This document shows positions 28,588 to 38,305 of a stretch of 64,000 bases of DNA, in pieces (within the stretch, counting starts at the first letter, position 1; the number at the start of each line of letters is the position of its first letter). The notes beneath the pieces are model-generated. The model had not been told where the DNA came from. It saw only the letters and a list, made by a program, of their open reading frames with translations, and did no database searches. Source of the DNA: Nitrospirota bacterium (GTDB taxonomy: Bacteria; Nitrospirota; JACRHJ01); NCBI GenBank assembly GCA_963698885.1, contig CAVOSJ010000003.1, positions 463,107-527,106 on the forward strand, read 5' to 3'. A program made the translations under genes and the position numbers.

Positions 28588-30558
28588 ATGGCCGGCGGGA
28601 GAAAAGGGATGAGTCCGAAAGGCTTAAAAAAGCTTCTCCTGGTCGGCAACCCCAACGTCGGCAAGAGCGTAATCTTCGGGAACTTCACCGGCAAATACGC
28701 CACGGTCTCCAACTATCCCGGCACGACTGTCGAGGTTTCCACCGGCAACGCCGTGATAAAAGGAGTGCAGTACGTCATCATGGACACGCCGGGGGTGAAC
28801 AGCCTCCTGCCGATGTCCGAGGACGAACAGGTAACCCGCGACATACTTCTGATGGAGGATTTCGATACGGTCGTGCAGGTGGCGGACGTGAAGAACCTTC
28901 GCCGCTCGCTCATCATCAGCCTCCAGTTAGCCGAGATGGGCGTGCCGTTCGTGATGGCCCTGAACATGGCGGACGAGGCGGAGAACCTGGGGATTTCCAC
29001 CGACCTCTCCGTCCTGTCTCAAAATACCGGCGTCGATACAATCAGCACCGTCGCCACGAGGAAAAAAGGTATCTCGAAACTGAAGGACGCGGTTTCATCC
29101 CCTAAACACTCCACTCTTTCCGTGGTTTTCGGAGACAGGGTGGAGAGCGCGATAAAGGAAATGGAGCCGCTTCTGCCCGAAGCGAGGATTTCCAGGCGCT
29201 CGCTCGCCCTGATGCTTTTAGGCGGGGACAGAAGCCTCAGGAACTGGCTGCACAGCCTCATCCCGGACGACTCCATAGACGCCCTGGAAGAGATTGTGAA
29301 CAGCGTCCAGGCCCAGTATCCGGAGCCGCTCGGATATTACATAAACAGAAAACGCCTGGCCGTGGTGGACAAGATCGTGAAGTCCTGCCAGTCCCGCGTA
29401 AAGAAGGCGGGGAAGGGTTTCAGGCAGTGGCTGGGCGCCATCACGATGCATCCGGTCTGGGGCCTGCCGGTCCTGCTCGTCGTGCTCTTCGTCATGTACG
29501 AATTCGTGGGGGTTTTCGGCGCCGGGACGCTTGTAGACTTCATGGAAAAAGTGGTATTCAACAAGTGGATAAACCCGGTCATCATCCGTCTGTTCGATTA
29601 CGTGCCGGCGCCGTTTTTAAAGGAGCTTTTCATCGGCCAGTACGGGATTGTCACGATGGCGGTCACATACTCCATAGCGATAGTCCTGCCCATTACGGCG
29701 ACCTTTTTCATGGCGTTCGGAATACTTGAGGATTCCGGCTACCTCCCGCGCCTGGCGATAATGGTGAACCGGGTATTCCGGCTGATAGGCTTGAACGGCA
29801 AAGCCGTCCTCCCGATGGTGCTTGGGCTCGGGTGCTGCACCATGGCGACTTTGACCACAAGGATACTTGAGACCAAGAAAGAGCGGGTTATCGTAACGCT
29901 CCTTCTGGCGCTGGCCATCCCCTGCTCCGCCCAGCTTGGCGTGATAATGGGTATGCTCTCCGCCATATCCTGGGAGGCTACCGTAATCTGGGCGCTCGTG
30001 CTGTTATTCGTCCTGCTCCTTATCGGCTACCTCTCGTCAAAGATAATCAAGGGCGAGCCGTCGGATTTCATACTGGAGCTGCCGCCGGTGCGGGTCCCGA
30101 AATTGAAGAACATAGTAAACAAGACCATAGGCAGGATAGAGTGGTATCTTAAAGAGGCCGTCCCCCTGTTCATCCTTGGCACGCTTTTACTTTTCGCCGC
30201 CGACAAGCTGCGGCTGCTGACCTTCGTGGAAAAGGTTTCGTCTCCGGTGATAGTGGGGCTTCTGGGACTGCCGGAGAAGGCGACGGCGGCCTTCCTTATA
30301 GGGTTCCTCCGCCGGGATTACGGGGCGGCGGGACTTTATGCAATGCAGAAGGCGGGAGAGCTCTCGCCGGTGCAGGTGCTGGTAAGTATCGTGACGGTGA
30401 CGCTTTTCGTGCCCTGCATCGCGCAGTTTTTCGTCACCGTGAAAGAGCGCGGAATGAAGACGGCGGTGGCGATGACAGCCTTCGTCTTTCCGTTCGCCAT
30501 CCTGGTAGGTTCCGTGCTGAATTTCAGCCTCCGCTTCCTGGGAGTGACATTTAAATGA
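28588..30558 (+). CDS. feoB: ferrous iron transporter FeoB
   Basis: The N-terminal G-domain carries GNPNVGKS and DTPG. A polytopic C-terminal domain follows. The protein is 656 aa. Confidence 0.95.
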   Translation: MAGGRKGMSPKGLKKLLLVGNPNVGKSVIFGNFTGKYATVSNYPGTTVEVSTGNAVIKGVQYVIMDTPGVNSLLPMSEDEQVTRDILLMEDFDTVVQVADVKNLRRSLIISLQLAEMGVPFVMALNMADEAENLGISTDLSVLSQNTGVDTISTVATRKKGISKLKDAVSSPKHSTLSVVFGDRVESAIKEMEPLLPEARISRRSLALMLLGGDRSLRNWLHSLIPDDSIDALEEIVNSVQAQYPEPLGYYINRKRLAVVDKIVKSCQSRVKKAGKGFRQWLGAITMHPVWGLPVLLVVLFVMYEFVGVFGAGTLVDFMEKVVFNKWINPVIIRLFDYVPAPFLKELFIGQYGIVTMAVTYSIAIVLPITATFFMAFGILEDSGYLPRLAIMVNRVFRLIGLNGKAVLPMVLGLGCCTMATLTTRILETKKERVIVTLLLALAIPCSAQLGVIMGMLSAISWEATVIWALVLLFVLLLIGYLSSKIIKGEPSDFILELPPVRVPKLKNIVNKTIGRIEWYLKEAVPLFILGTLLLFAADKLRLLTFVEKVSSPVIVGLLGLPEKATAAFLIGFLRRDYGAAGLYAMQKAGELSPVQVLVSIVTVTLFVPCIAQFFVTVKERGMKTAVAMTAFVFPFAILVGSVLNFSLRFLGVTFK

Positions 30559-30743
30559 AGACCTGCCCGCTGTGCGGTTATAAGTTTGAAAAAAGCGCGG
30601 ATAGCAAATGCGCCTCCTGCCCGGTCAACTGCGGCAAGGGCACGTTATGCTGTCCTCACTGCGGCTATAAATATATAGAAAAATCCTCCACGCTGGAGCT
30701 GTTAAAAAAAATCATCAAAAGGAGAAATAAACATGCCGCATAG
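30555..30743 (+). CDS. 8-Cys zinc-ribbon miniprotein translationally coupled to feoB
   Basis: The sequence is MKTCPLCGYKFEKSADSKCASCPVNCGKGTLCCPHCGYKY... with a basic tail. It overlaps feoB by 4 nt (ATGA). Confidence 0.6.
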   Translation: MKTCPLCGYKFEKSADSKCASCPVNCGKGTLCCPHCGYKYIEKSSTLELLKKIIKRRNKHAA

Positions 30744-31450
30744 AAGGGCGTCGGATGCGGGTTTCACAGTGACCGCCGAGATAACGGACGAATTCCTGGA
30801 GTCCCTGTGGCTGCTGGAAGAGATGGGCAAGGGGAAGAAGAACAAGAAACAGGTCATATCCGATTTCGTCGTCGAGGAGGGGCATCTCGACAGCCTGTCC
30901 AAAGCGGAGGCCGTAATCGCCTATATGGTGTCCGCAGGGAGACCTTCTGCTCGATGGCGACGAGGTATCTTTCAGCGTGACCGGGCGTGAGACCGCCATG
31001 AACGTAATCCGAAGGAAAAGGTTAGCCGAGAAATTGCTTTCCGAGGTATTCGCGCTGGGGCCGATGGAGATAAAAAGCTCCGCCTGCCGGTTCGAACATA
31101 TCCTTAGCCCCGAGGTCACCGACTCGGTCTGTTCTTTCCTTGGCCACCCGCCCACCTGCCCGCACGGAAAACCCATCCCGCGCGGGTCCTGCTGCAAAAA
31201 GCTCGCCCATCATATACGCCCGCTCGTTATGCCGATGAAAGACCTGGAGCCCGGAAACCGCGCCCGCATCACGTTCATCTCGCCCCGCGACCACGGCAGG
31301 ATGGACCGGCTTTCCACTCTGGGCATCGTGCCCGGTACGGAGATAGTCCTGCACCAGAAGAAACCTGCGTTCGTTATCAGGGCGGGCGAAACGGAGCTTG
31401 CGCTCGATATCGATATAGCGGCGGAAATTTACGTGAAGATAATCAGCTGA
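30733..31450 (+). pseudogene. DtxR/MntR-family metal-dependent regulator fused to a C-terminal FeoA (SH3-like) domain, frame break near 30940
   Basis: ORF 30733..30990 is the winged-helix part. ORF 30977..31450 carries RRKRLAEKLL, HPPTCPHGKPIP metal ligands and the FeoA-like MPMKDLEPGNRARITFI...VLHQKKPAFVIRAGETELALD. The second frame is open upstream as DLLLDGDEVSFSVTGRETAM. Confidence 0.8.
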
Positions 31451-32564
31451 TGTATTTCAGCAGCCAGCCCTCGACTACGTCTATCGCGCCGACGGGGCAG
31501 ACTTCCTGGCAGCAGAAACACCGGATGCACTGGCGGTAGTCCATAGTGAGTCCCGCATCGGTCTTTTTGATGGCCTTTGCCGGGCACATATCCGCGCACA
31601 TCAGGCACAGCTCGCACTTCAATTTATCTACCCTGGGCTTTGTGGTCAGGGCCTCTTTCAGGAGCTTCCTTGCCGGCTCCGGGATCGTCCATTCAAGGTG
31701 CGTCCCCGGCGGGAGTTTAAAATTTTTGACCCCGGCGTCTTCCGGTTTTTCAAAATCTCCCAGAAGCTCTATCTCCGGCTTCTCAGGCCAAAGCCCCTTC
31801 TCACGCGCGGCCTTCAAGGTCGGGAGCTTATGGGGATCGACTCCAAAGAACCTGCAAAGCATGTAATCCACCGCGAATGCGTCTTCCCCGGCCACGATGA
31901 ACCCCGTCTCGCGCGGCCTGCCGCTCCCCGGTCCGTTCCCGTCCATGCTCACCACCGCGTCCACGATCGATAGGGCAGGCTTAATAAGGCCGTGAAGCTC
32001 GACAAGCATGGCCGCAAACGCGCTTTTGTCCACGCCGGTATTCAAGTGCCACTGGGCTTTCCGCCTGCCGGGGATGCATCCGAAGAGGTTTTTTACAGCG
32101 AGGGTGAGAAGCATCTGGCCGTGGGTCTTGGCCTTGGGGAGGTTGATTACAGCGTCCGCTTTCAGGACTTCACTGGATATTTCAAAATGTCTGAAGGTGC
32201 CGGTCCCCTGGACTTTTGACGCCTCGGAGAGTTCGACTAAAGCCGCGCCCTCATCAAAGGCGACCTTCGCAATGCCCGTGATTTCGGCAATCCTTTTAAA
32301 AGAGCCTATCGCGCCGGAGTCTCCTATAACCGGAGTCCCTCCGGCCTCGATTACCAGCCGGACCGCCGCCCGTACCACCTCCGGATGCGTCGTTACCGCC
32401 TTGTCCGGGGATTTGGCCGCCAGCATGTTCGGCTTGATCAGGACGCGCGCGCCCGGGCGGACGAATTTTTCCATTCCGCCCAACAGGCCCACTGCCCTTC
32501 TCACGGCTGTGTCGATTAGATCTTTCTCGTAGTCCCGGCACCTGACAGCGCTTACCGGCTTCAA
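31443..32564 (-). CDS. DUF362 domain protein with C-terminal 2x[4Fe-4S] ferredoxin domain
   Basis: The protein is 373 aa. Its C-terminus carries CELCLMCADMCP and CIRCFCCQEVCP cluster motifs. Confidence 0.8.
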   Translation of the reverse strand: MKPVSAVRCRDYEKDLIDTAVRRAVGLLGGMEKFVRPGARVLIKPNMLAAKSPDKAVTTHPEVVRAAVRLVIEAGGTPVIGDSGAIGSFKRIAEITGIAKVAFDEGAALVELSEASKVQGTGTFRHFEISSEVLKADAVINLPKAKTHGQMLLTLAVKNLFGCIPGRRKAQWHLNTGVDKSAFAAMLVELHGLIKPALSIVDAVVSMDGNGPGSGRPRETGFIVAGEDAFAVDYMLCRFFGVDPHKLPTLKAAREKGLWPEKPEIELLGDFEKPEDAGVKNFKLPPGTHLEWTIPEPARKLLKEALTTKPRVDKLKCELCLMCADMCPAKAIKKTDAGLTMDYRQCIRCFCCQEVCPVGAIDVVEGWLLKYIS

Positions 32565-32597
32565 AGGATTAAACCTCTCGTTATCAGCCAGCCCAAG

Positions 32598-32641
32598 TAA
32601 ATAAAAATACCTGCGTCAACAGTATGTTAGACGCAGGTATT
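32598..32641 (-). terminator. intrinsic terminator after rplT
   Basis: A perfect 12-bp stem, AATACCTGCGTC/GACGCAGGTATT, is followed on the minus strand by TTTTTATTT. Confidence 0.8.
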
Positions 32642-32664
32642 TGAGATAATACTTCAGGTTATTT

Positions 32665-33027
32665 TCAGGAGGCTTTGGCGAACTGCTTCGCGCTTTCCAC
32701 GACCTTTGTAAAACCTGCGGGGTCGGACACTGCCATCTCGGCCAATACCTTACGGTCCAGTTCAATCCCGGCGAGTTTCAATCCGTGCATGAGCAGGCTA
32801 TAAGTGATATCGTTCATCCTTGCAGCCGCATTGATGCGGGCTATCCAGATGCCGCGGAAGGTCCTTTTCTTAACGCGCCTGTCCCTGTACGCATACTTGA
32901 GGCCGCGGTCAACCGCCTCGGTCGCTGTCCTGAACAGGCGGCTTCTGCCCCCGTAATAACCTTTCGCCAGTTTGAGGACCTTGTTCCTGCGTCTCCTGGC
33001 TTTAAAACCTCTTTTTGCCCTCGGCAT
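32665..33027 (-). CDS. rplT: 50S ribosomal protein L20
   Basis: The sequence begins [26 protein letters not shown].... The protein is 120 aa. Confidence 0.97.
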   Translation of the reverse strand: MPRAKRGFKARRRRNKVLKLAKGYYGGRSRLFRTATEAVDRGLKYAYRDRRVKKRTFRGIWIARINAAARMNDITYSLLMHGLKLAGIELDRKVLAEMAVSDPAGFTKVVESAKQFAKAS

Positions 33028-33068
33028 TGTAAATCTCCTCTTTAATATTTAGGTCAGGCGGCCCGCCT

Positions 33069-33272
33069 TTAATTGTAAGGAAGGAGCCTCTTCAGCTTCG
33101 TTTCGTTGGTCTTGTCCGCATAGGCTACCATGGACAGCTTGCGCATCCTGCCCGCGGATTTGGAAGTCAAAAGATGGCTCGCGAATGCCTTGCCGTTCTT
33201 GACCCTGCCCGATGCGGTGAACTTAAAACGCTTCGCCGCGCCCTTGTGCGTCTTCAGCTTATAGCCCGCCAT
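33069..33272 (-). CDS. rpmI: 50S ribosomal protein L35
   Basis: The sequence begins MAGYKLKTHKGAAKRFKFTASGRVK.... The protein is 67 aa. Confidence 0.95.
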   Translation of the reverse strand: MAGYKLKTHKGAAKRFKFTASGRVKNGKAFASHLLTSKSAGRMRKLSMVAYADKTNETKLKRLLPYN

Positions 33273-33414
33273 TACAATACCCCCCCTGCCATCTTCTGGT
33301 AAGACAAATTTATAATCCAGCCCGCGTCTTTATGTAAAAAGGCTCTGCCCAAAAATAATACCCCACACCCCGGGGTATTGAGTCTGAGCAGGGTACACTA
33401 TTAAAAAACGTTTG

Positions 33415-33930
33415 TCAAGAAGACTTTGGGGCAATTACCATTGACAGCGCCCGGCCTTCCTGTTTCGGCATCTGCTCTATGTTGCCGGCTTCCTGAATGT
33501 CCGCCACGACCTTGTTCAAAAGGACGCTTCCAAGGTCGGTATGCGCCATCTCTCTCCCGCGGAACACTACCGTGACCTTTACTTTGTTGCCTTCCTCCAG
33601 GAACCTCTTGGCGTTGTTCAGCTTGAAGGTATAGTCGTGCACGTCCGTGCCGGGACGCATCTTGACCTCCTTCAACTGCACTATCTTCTGGTTTTTCTTG
33701 CTCTCATGGGCTTTCTTGGCCTGCTCGTACTTGTACTTGCCGAAGTCCATAATCTTGCAGACTGGCGGCTCCGCGAGCGGGGCTACCTCGACTAAGTCGA
33801 GCCCTCTTTCCTCGGCCGCCTTGACGGCCTCGAATATGGGAAGTATCCCAAGCTGCGCGCCGTCGTCCGCTATAACCCTTACTTCACGCACCCGTATTTC
33901 ACGGTTAATTCTCGTCGTGGGTTTTCCTAT
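33415..33930 (-). CDS. infC: translation initiation factor IF-3, non-canonical ATA start
   Basis: The ORF-track start (GTG at 33891) truncates the conserved N-terminus. The frame stays open upstream as I-GKPTTRINREIRVREVRVI. It begins at ATA (33928-33930), 5 nt after an AGGAGGA SD. Confidence 0.9.
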   Translation of the reverse strand: MGKPTTRINREIRVREVRVIADDGAQLGILPIFEAVKAAEERGLDLVEVAPLAEPPVCKIMDFGKYKYEQAKKAHESKKNQKIVQLKEVKMRPGTDVHDYTFKLNNAKRFLEEGNKVKVTVVFRGREMAHTDLGSVLLNKVVADIQEAGNIEQMPKQEGRALSMVIAPKSS

Positions 33931-33957
33931 GACAGTCCTCCTGGTTTTGTTGTTAAA

Positions 33958-34019
33958 GTTCGTACTTTCTTTTCAGGTGAAAAGAAAAGTTCGTATTTTC
34001 TTTTCGGGTGAAAAGAAAG
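33958..34019 (-). repeat. two tandem 31-nt near-identical hairpin units in the thrS-infC spacer
   Basis: The units are gttcgtactttcttttcaggtgaaaagaaaa and gttcgtattttcttttcgggtgaaaagaaag. Each folds as (C)TTTCTTTTC-loop-GAAAAGAAA(G). Confidence 0.8.
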
Positions 34020-34051
34020 TACCAAAGAAAAGCCGGATAATAAAACACGAA

Positions 34052-36029
34052 TTATAATTTCAAACTTTTTTCTTCTATAACTTTTTTAATACTGTCTGCA
34101 AACTCCGCTTTGGTCATGAGCACACTCCTGGGTGTGCCGTCGGGGTTCTGCTCGTTACGGAACCTCACGTTGACGTTTCCGCCCTCGACCTCATTGTCCC
34201 CTACTACGAGTATATACGGAATTTTCTGGAGGGTCGCCTCCCGGATTTTGAACCCTATCTTCTCATTCCTGGTATCCGCCTCCGCGCGCACTCCCGCGGC
34301 TTTAAGCTCCTGCGCGACCTTCTTCGCGTATTCGTCCTGCCTGTCCGTAATCGTGCATATCCGGGCCTGCACGGGCGAGAGCCATACCGGGAAGGCCCCG
34401 GCATAATGCTCGATAAGCACCCCGAAAAAGCGCTCCAGGGAGCCCATGAGCGCACGGTGCACCATTATCGGCTGGTGGACGTTTCCGTCTTCCCCTATAT
34501 ATTCGACCCCGAAACGCTCGGGCAGGTTGAAGTCCACCTGGACGGTGGTGCACTGCCATGAACGCCCAAGGACGTCTTTTATTTTGATGTCTATCTTCGG
34601 CCCGTAGAACACGCCTTCGCCCGGGTCTATACTGTAAGTTTAAATTTTTAGCCTCCAGCGCACTCTTAAGCGCTTCGGTTGCCCTGTCCCAGTTCTCCTG
34701 CGTACCGACGGACTTCTCCGGCTGGGTCGAGAGATATATTTCGTAGTCCGAAAAGCCAAAAGTCCGGAGCACGAACAGCGTGAAGTCCAGTACACTGAAT
34801 ATCTCGTCCTGGAGCTGATTCGGGGTGCAGAATATGTGGGCGTCGTCCTGCGTAAAGCCGCGTACCCGCATAAGCCCGTGAAGCGCCCCGGAGCGCTCGA
34901 AGCGATAGACCGTCCCCAGTTCCGCCAAACGGATCGGCAGGTCGCGGTAGCTGCGCTTCTTCGACTTGTATATCGCGATGTGGAACGGGCAGTTCATCGG
35001 CTTGATCTCGTACTCCTGCCCTTCCACTTCCATCGGGGAGAACATGCTTTCCCGGTAGAAGTCCCAGTGGCCGCTTTTCCTCCAGATGTCGAGCTTCGCC
35101 ATGTGCGGGGTATATACCAGTTCGTACCCGCCGCTCACGTGCTCCGCCTTCCAGAAGTCCTCTATCACGCGGCGCACCGTCGCCCCTTTCGGGTGCCAGA
35201 GTATCAGTCCCGCGCCGGTCTCCTCCTCGTGGGAGAAAAGCTCCAGCTCGCGCCCGAGCTTCCTGTGGTCCCGCCTCTTGATCTCTTCCAGACGGTCGAG
35301 GTATGACTTAAGCTGTTCCTTGTCCTGCCAGGCGGTCCCGTATATCCGCTGGAGCATTTTGTTATGCTCGTCCCCGCGCCAGTAAGCGCCCGCGGAGTTT
35401 AAAAGCTTGAATGCCTTTATATAGCCGGTGGACGGGACGTGAGGGCCGCGGCAGAGGTCCGTGAAGCCGTCCTGGTCGTAAAGAGATACGGTATCCGCCT
35501 CCAGCTCGTTTATAATTTCAACTTTATACGGCTCCCCCATCTCGTCGAAGAGCCGGGCCGCTTCCGCCTTCGGCATCTCTCTCCGGACGAACGGCTTGTT
35601 GGCCTTGATTATCTCGGCCATCCGTTTCTCTATCTTCTCAAGGTCCTCGGGCGTGAAACCGCGTTCAAAATCGAAGTCGTAATAGAAGCCGTCTTCGATG
35701 GCCGGGCCTATCGTGGCCTTCGCCTCCGGGTACAGGTCCTTCACCGCCTGGGCCATGATATGCGACGCGCTGTGGCGGTAAACTTCTTTCCCGTCGGGAG
35801 AGTCGAAGGTGATTATATTCACCTGTGCGTCTTCTTCGACCGGCAGTCTCAAGTCCACTTTTGCGCCGTTGACCTGCGCGGCCAGCGCGGCTTTCTTCAG
35901 TCCGCTGCCTATCATCGCCGCGAGGTCGGCCGCTGTCTGGCCTTTCTCCATCTCTTTTTTAGTGCCGTCAGGCAATGTAATCTGTATGGTTGGCAAACTT
36001 TTCCCCGAAATTAAAAAAGGCATCACCAA
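34052..36029 (-). pseudogene. thrS: threonine--tRNA ligase, frame broken by a 1-nt indel near 34637
   Basis: ORF 34302..36029 holds the TGS, editing and catalytic N-terminal parts up to ..[11 protein letters not shown] 34052..34612 holds (Y)[35 protein letters not shown] and the anticodon-binding domain. Confidence 0.95.
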
Positions 36030-36181
36030 AAGGGGTACCTTTCAATGACGCCTAAACAAAGTTAAGAATTGTACAACTGAAAATACCCCAGGGTTAAAAT
36101 AAATCCGCGAAACCGCCTTAGCCGACTGTTCAAAGGTATCAGCAAAGGGGTCCGTTGTCAAGCTTTTTCATACAGTTGGAA

Positions 36182-36256
36182 TGGTAGGCGCGGGCGGTTT
36201 CGAACCGCCGACTTCTTGCGTGTCAAGCAAGCGCTCTCCCCCTGAGCTACGCGCCT
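36182..36256 (-). tRNA. tRNA-Val (anticodon GAC)
   Basis: The reverse complement folds as AGGCGCG TA GCTC AGGGGGA GAGC G CTTGC TTGACAC GCAAG AAGTC GGCGG TTCGAAA CCGCC CGCGCCT A CCA. Confidence 0.92.
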
Positions 36257-36352
36257 TCAGTCCGTGCAGGAGCAGATTCTAAATTTAAAGCTGCCCGTTT
36301 GTCAAGTATATAAAAGTTGATAACTGAAAATTGTACCGTTTCGCGCCGCGAG

Positions 36353-36385
36353 GAATAAAAATGGGGGGCTTAAAATGCCCCCCTC
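36353..36385 (-). terminator. intrinsic terminator after hup
   Basis: The minus strand reads GGGGGGC-attttaa-GCCCCCC followed by ATTTTTATT. Confidence 0.7.
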
Positions 36386-36432
36386 ATAAAACAAGAAACC
36401 GGTCCTCTGGCTGCCTCACCCTAAGTGACGAC

Positions 36433-36705
36433 TTACTTTAAGGCGTCCTTGAGACCTTTGCCAGCTGAGAACTTGGGCACCTTCGCGGCGGCGATTTTTA
36501 TCGTTTCGCCGGTCTTAGGGTTCCTGCCCTTCCTCGCCTTCCTTTTCGTAACAGAAAATGTGCCGAAACCGACTAAGGATACTTTCTGACCTTTCTTAAG
36601 GGAAACCTTAACGCTGTCAAGACAGGCAGCGAGAGCCTTGCCGGCCGCCGCCTTGCTGATGTCGGCAGAGTCCGCCATTTTCTCGATCATTTCCGCTTTT
36701 GTCAT
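36433..36705 (-). CDS. hup: DNA-binding protein HU
   Basis: The 90-aa protein contains [26 protein letters not shown], the beta-arm. Confidence 0.95.
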   Translation of the reverse strand: MTKAEMIEKMADSADISKAAAGKALAACLDSVKVSLKKGQKVSLVGFGTFSVTKRKARKGRNPKTGETIKIAAAKVPKFSAGKGLKDALK

Positions 36706-36792
36706 TTGTAATCCTCCTTTCTCTTAAAAATCGAAATACTGATAATTGCCTATAAAATTGATGGTGCAGTATCTCTCACGGATGCCCGGTTG

Positions 36793-38232
36793 TCAAGGGT
36801 TTTTTTTGTTAGATATGCGCAGTTCGAATATTTTTTTCCGAAGCGTGTTCCGGTTTATTCCGAGCAGCTCCGCGGCTTTCAACTGGTTGTAATTCGTCTC
36901 GGAAAGCGCGCTTATAATGAGCGGCCTCTCGACCAGCGCGATTACCGAATCGTAGAGGTCGCTCTTATCGAGCTTCTTGTTCTTCTTCAGGAACGAATGT
37001 ATCCGCTCTTCCAGGAGGCCTTCGAAAGTTATGCCGTCGGTTATCGTTATGCCGTCCTTCTCCCCCTTCATCAGGACTTCCACGTCCTCCGGGAGGATGG
37101 CCAGCGAACTCGACAGCACGACAGCGCGTTTTATGCAGTTCTCCAGCTCCCGCACATTTCCCGGCCACTCGTATTCAATCAACCGCTTCAGCGCCTTAGG
37201 CGTCAGCCTCTTCTTCTGCGCGCCGAGTTCCTGAGAGGTCTTATCGAGGAAATGCTCCGCTAACGCCGGGATGTCTTCTTTCCTTTGCCTTAAGGGGGGC
37301 AGGTGCAGGCTCACCACGTTCAGGCGGTAGAAGAGGTCCTCACGGAATTTCCCCTCGCTCACCGCTTCCTCAAGCTCTACGTGCGTCGCCGCGATTATCC
37401 GCGCGTCCGTCTTTATGGTTTCGGTAGAGCCGACGCGCTCGAACTCCCTCTCCTGGAGCGCGCGCAGCAGCTTCGCCTGAAGGTTTAAGTCCATGTCCCC
37501 TATCTCGTCCAGGAAAAGGGTCCCGCCGGACGCCTGCTCGAACTTGCCGATCTTCCGGGCGACCGCGCCGGTGAACGCCCCCTTCTCGTGCCCGAACAGC
37601 TCGGACTCCATCAGCTCCCGGGGTATCGCCGCCGAGTTCACGACCACGTACGGCCCCGCGACGCGCTTACTGTGCGCATGTATCGCCCGCGCTATAAGCT
37701 CCTTGCCGGTGCCGGACTCCCCGGTGATAAGCACCGTCACGTCCGTACCGGAAACGCGCCCGACGTCCTTGAATATCTCGCGCATCGAGGGCGCCTGGCC
37801 GATTATCTGCCCGACCTCGTAACGCTCCCGGAGCGACGCCTTCAGGCTCTCCACTTCCGCGACCATCGCCCGGTTGTCCATCGCGCGAGACGCCAGGAGT
37901 TTTACTTCCTCCACGTCGAAAGGCTTCGTGATGTAGTCGAACGCGCCAAGCTTCATGGCCTCGATAGCGGTGCTCATCGTGCCCTGGGCGGTCATCATTA
38001 TCACGCAGGTATCGAGCTGGTCCTCTTTCATCTGCTTGAGCACGGAGAGGCCGTCCAGCCCCGGCATCCTTATGTCCATGAACGCCAGCGGGAACTGTCC
38101 CTTCTTCAGGAGGGCCAGCCCGGCAACGCCGTCCTTCGCCTCCTGGACCTCGTAGCCCTCCTTCTTGAGGGTCTTGTTCAGGACAAACCGTATCGATTCG
38201 TCGTCGTCAACGATTAGGATTTTATGAGACAT
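36793..38232 (-). CDS. sigma-54-dependent response regulator (NtrC/AtoC family: REC + AAA+ + Fis HTH)
   Basis: The REC domain reads ILIVDDDESIRF...D. The AAA+ domain carries GESGTGKELIARAIH and the GAFTGA loop. A C-terminal HTH follows. No cognate kinase gene is adjacent. Confidence 0.93.
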   Translation of the reverse strand: MSHKILIVDDDESIRFVLNKTLKKEGYEVQEAKDGVAGLALLKKGQFPLAFMDIRMPGLDGLSVLKQMKEDQLDTCVIMMTAQGTMSTAIEAMKLGAFDYITKPFDVEEVKLLASRAMDNRAMVAEVESLKASLRERYEVGQIIGQAPSMREIFKDVGRVSGTDVTVLITGESGTGKELIARAIHAHSKRVAGPYVVVNSAAIPRELMESELFGHEKGAFTGAVARKIGKFEQASGGTLFLDEIGDMDLNLQAKLLRALQEREFERVGSTETIKTDARIIAATHVELEEAVSEGKFREDLFYRLNVVSLHLPPLRQRKEDIPALAEHFLDKTSQELGAQKKRLTPKALKRLIEYEWPGNVRELENCIKRAVVLSSSLAILPEDVEVLMKGEKDGITITDGITFEGLLEERIHSFLKKNKKLDKSDLYDSVIALVERPLIISALSETNYNQLKAAELLGINRNTLRKKIFELRISNKKNP

Positions 38233-38305
38233 TTAGTTCTCTATTAGTTTTATACTTGAGGAAAATCCTTCAAAGTTATCTTGAGTTAATTTATCCATTC
38301 CTGAA

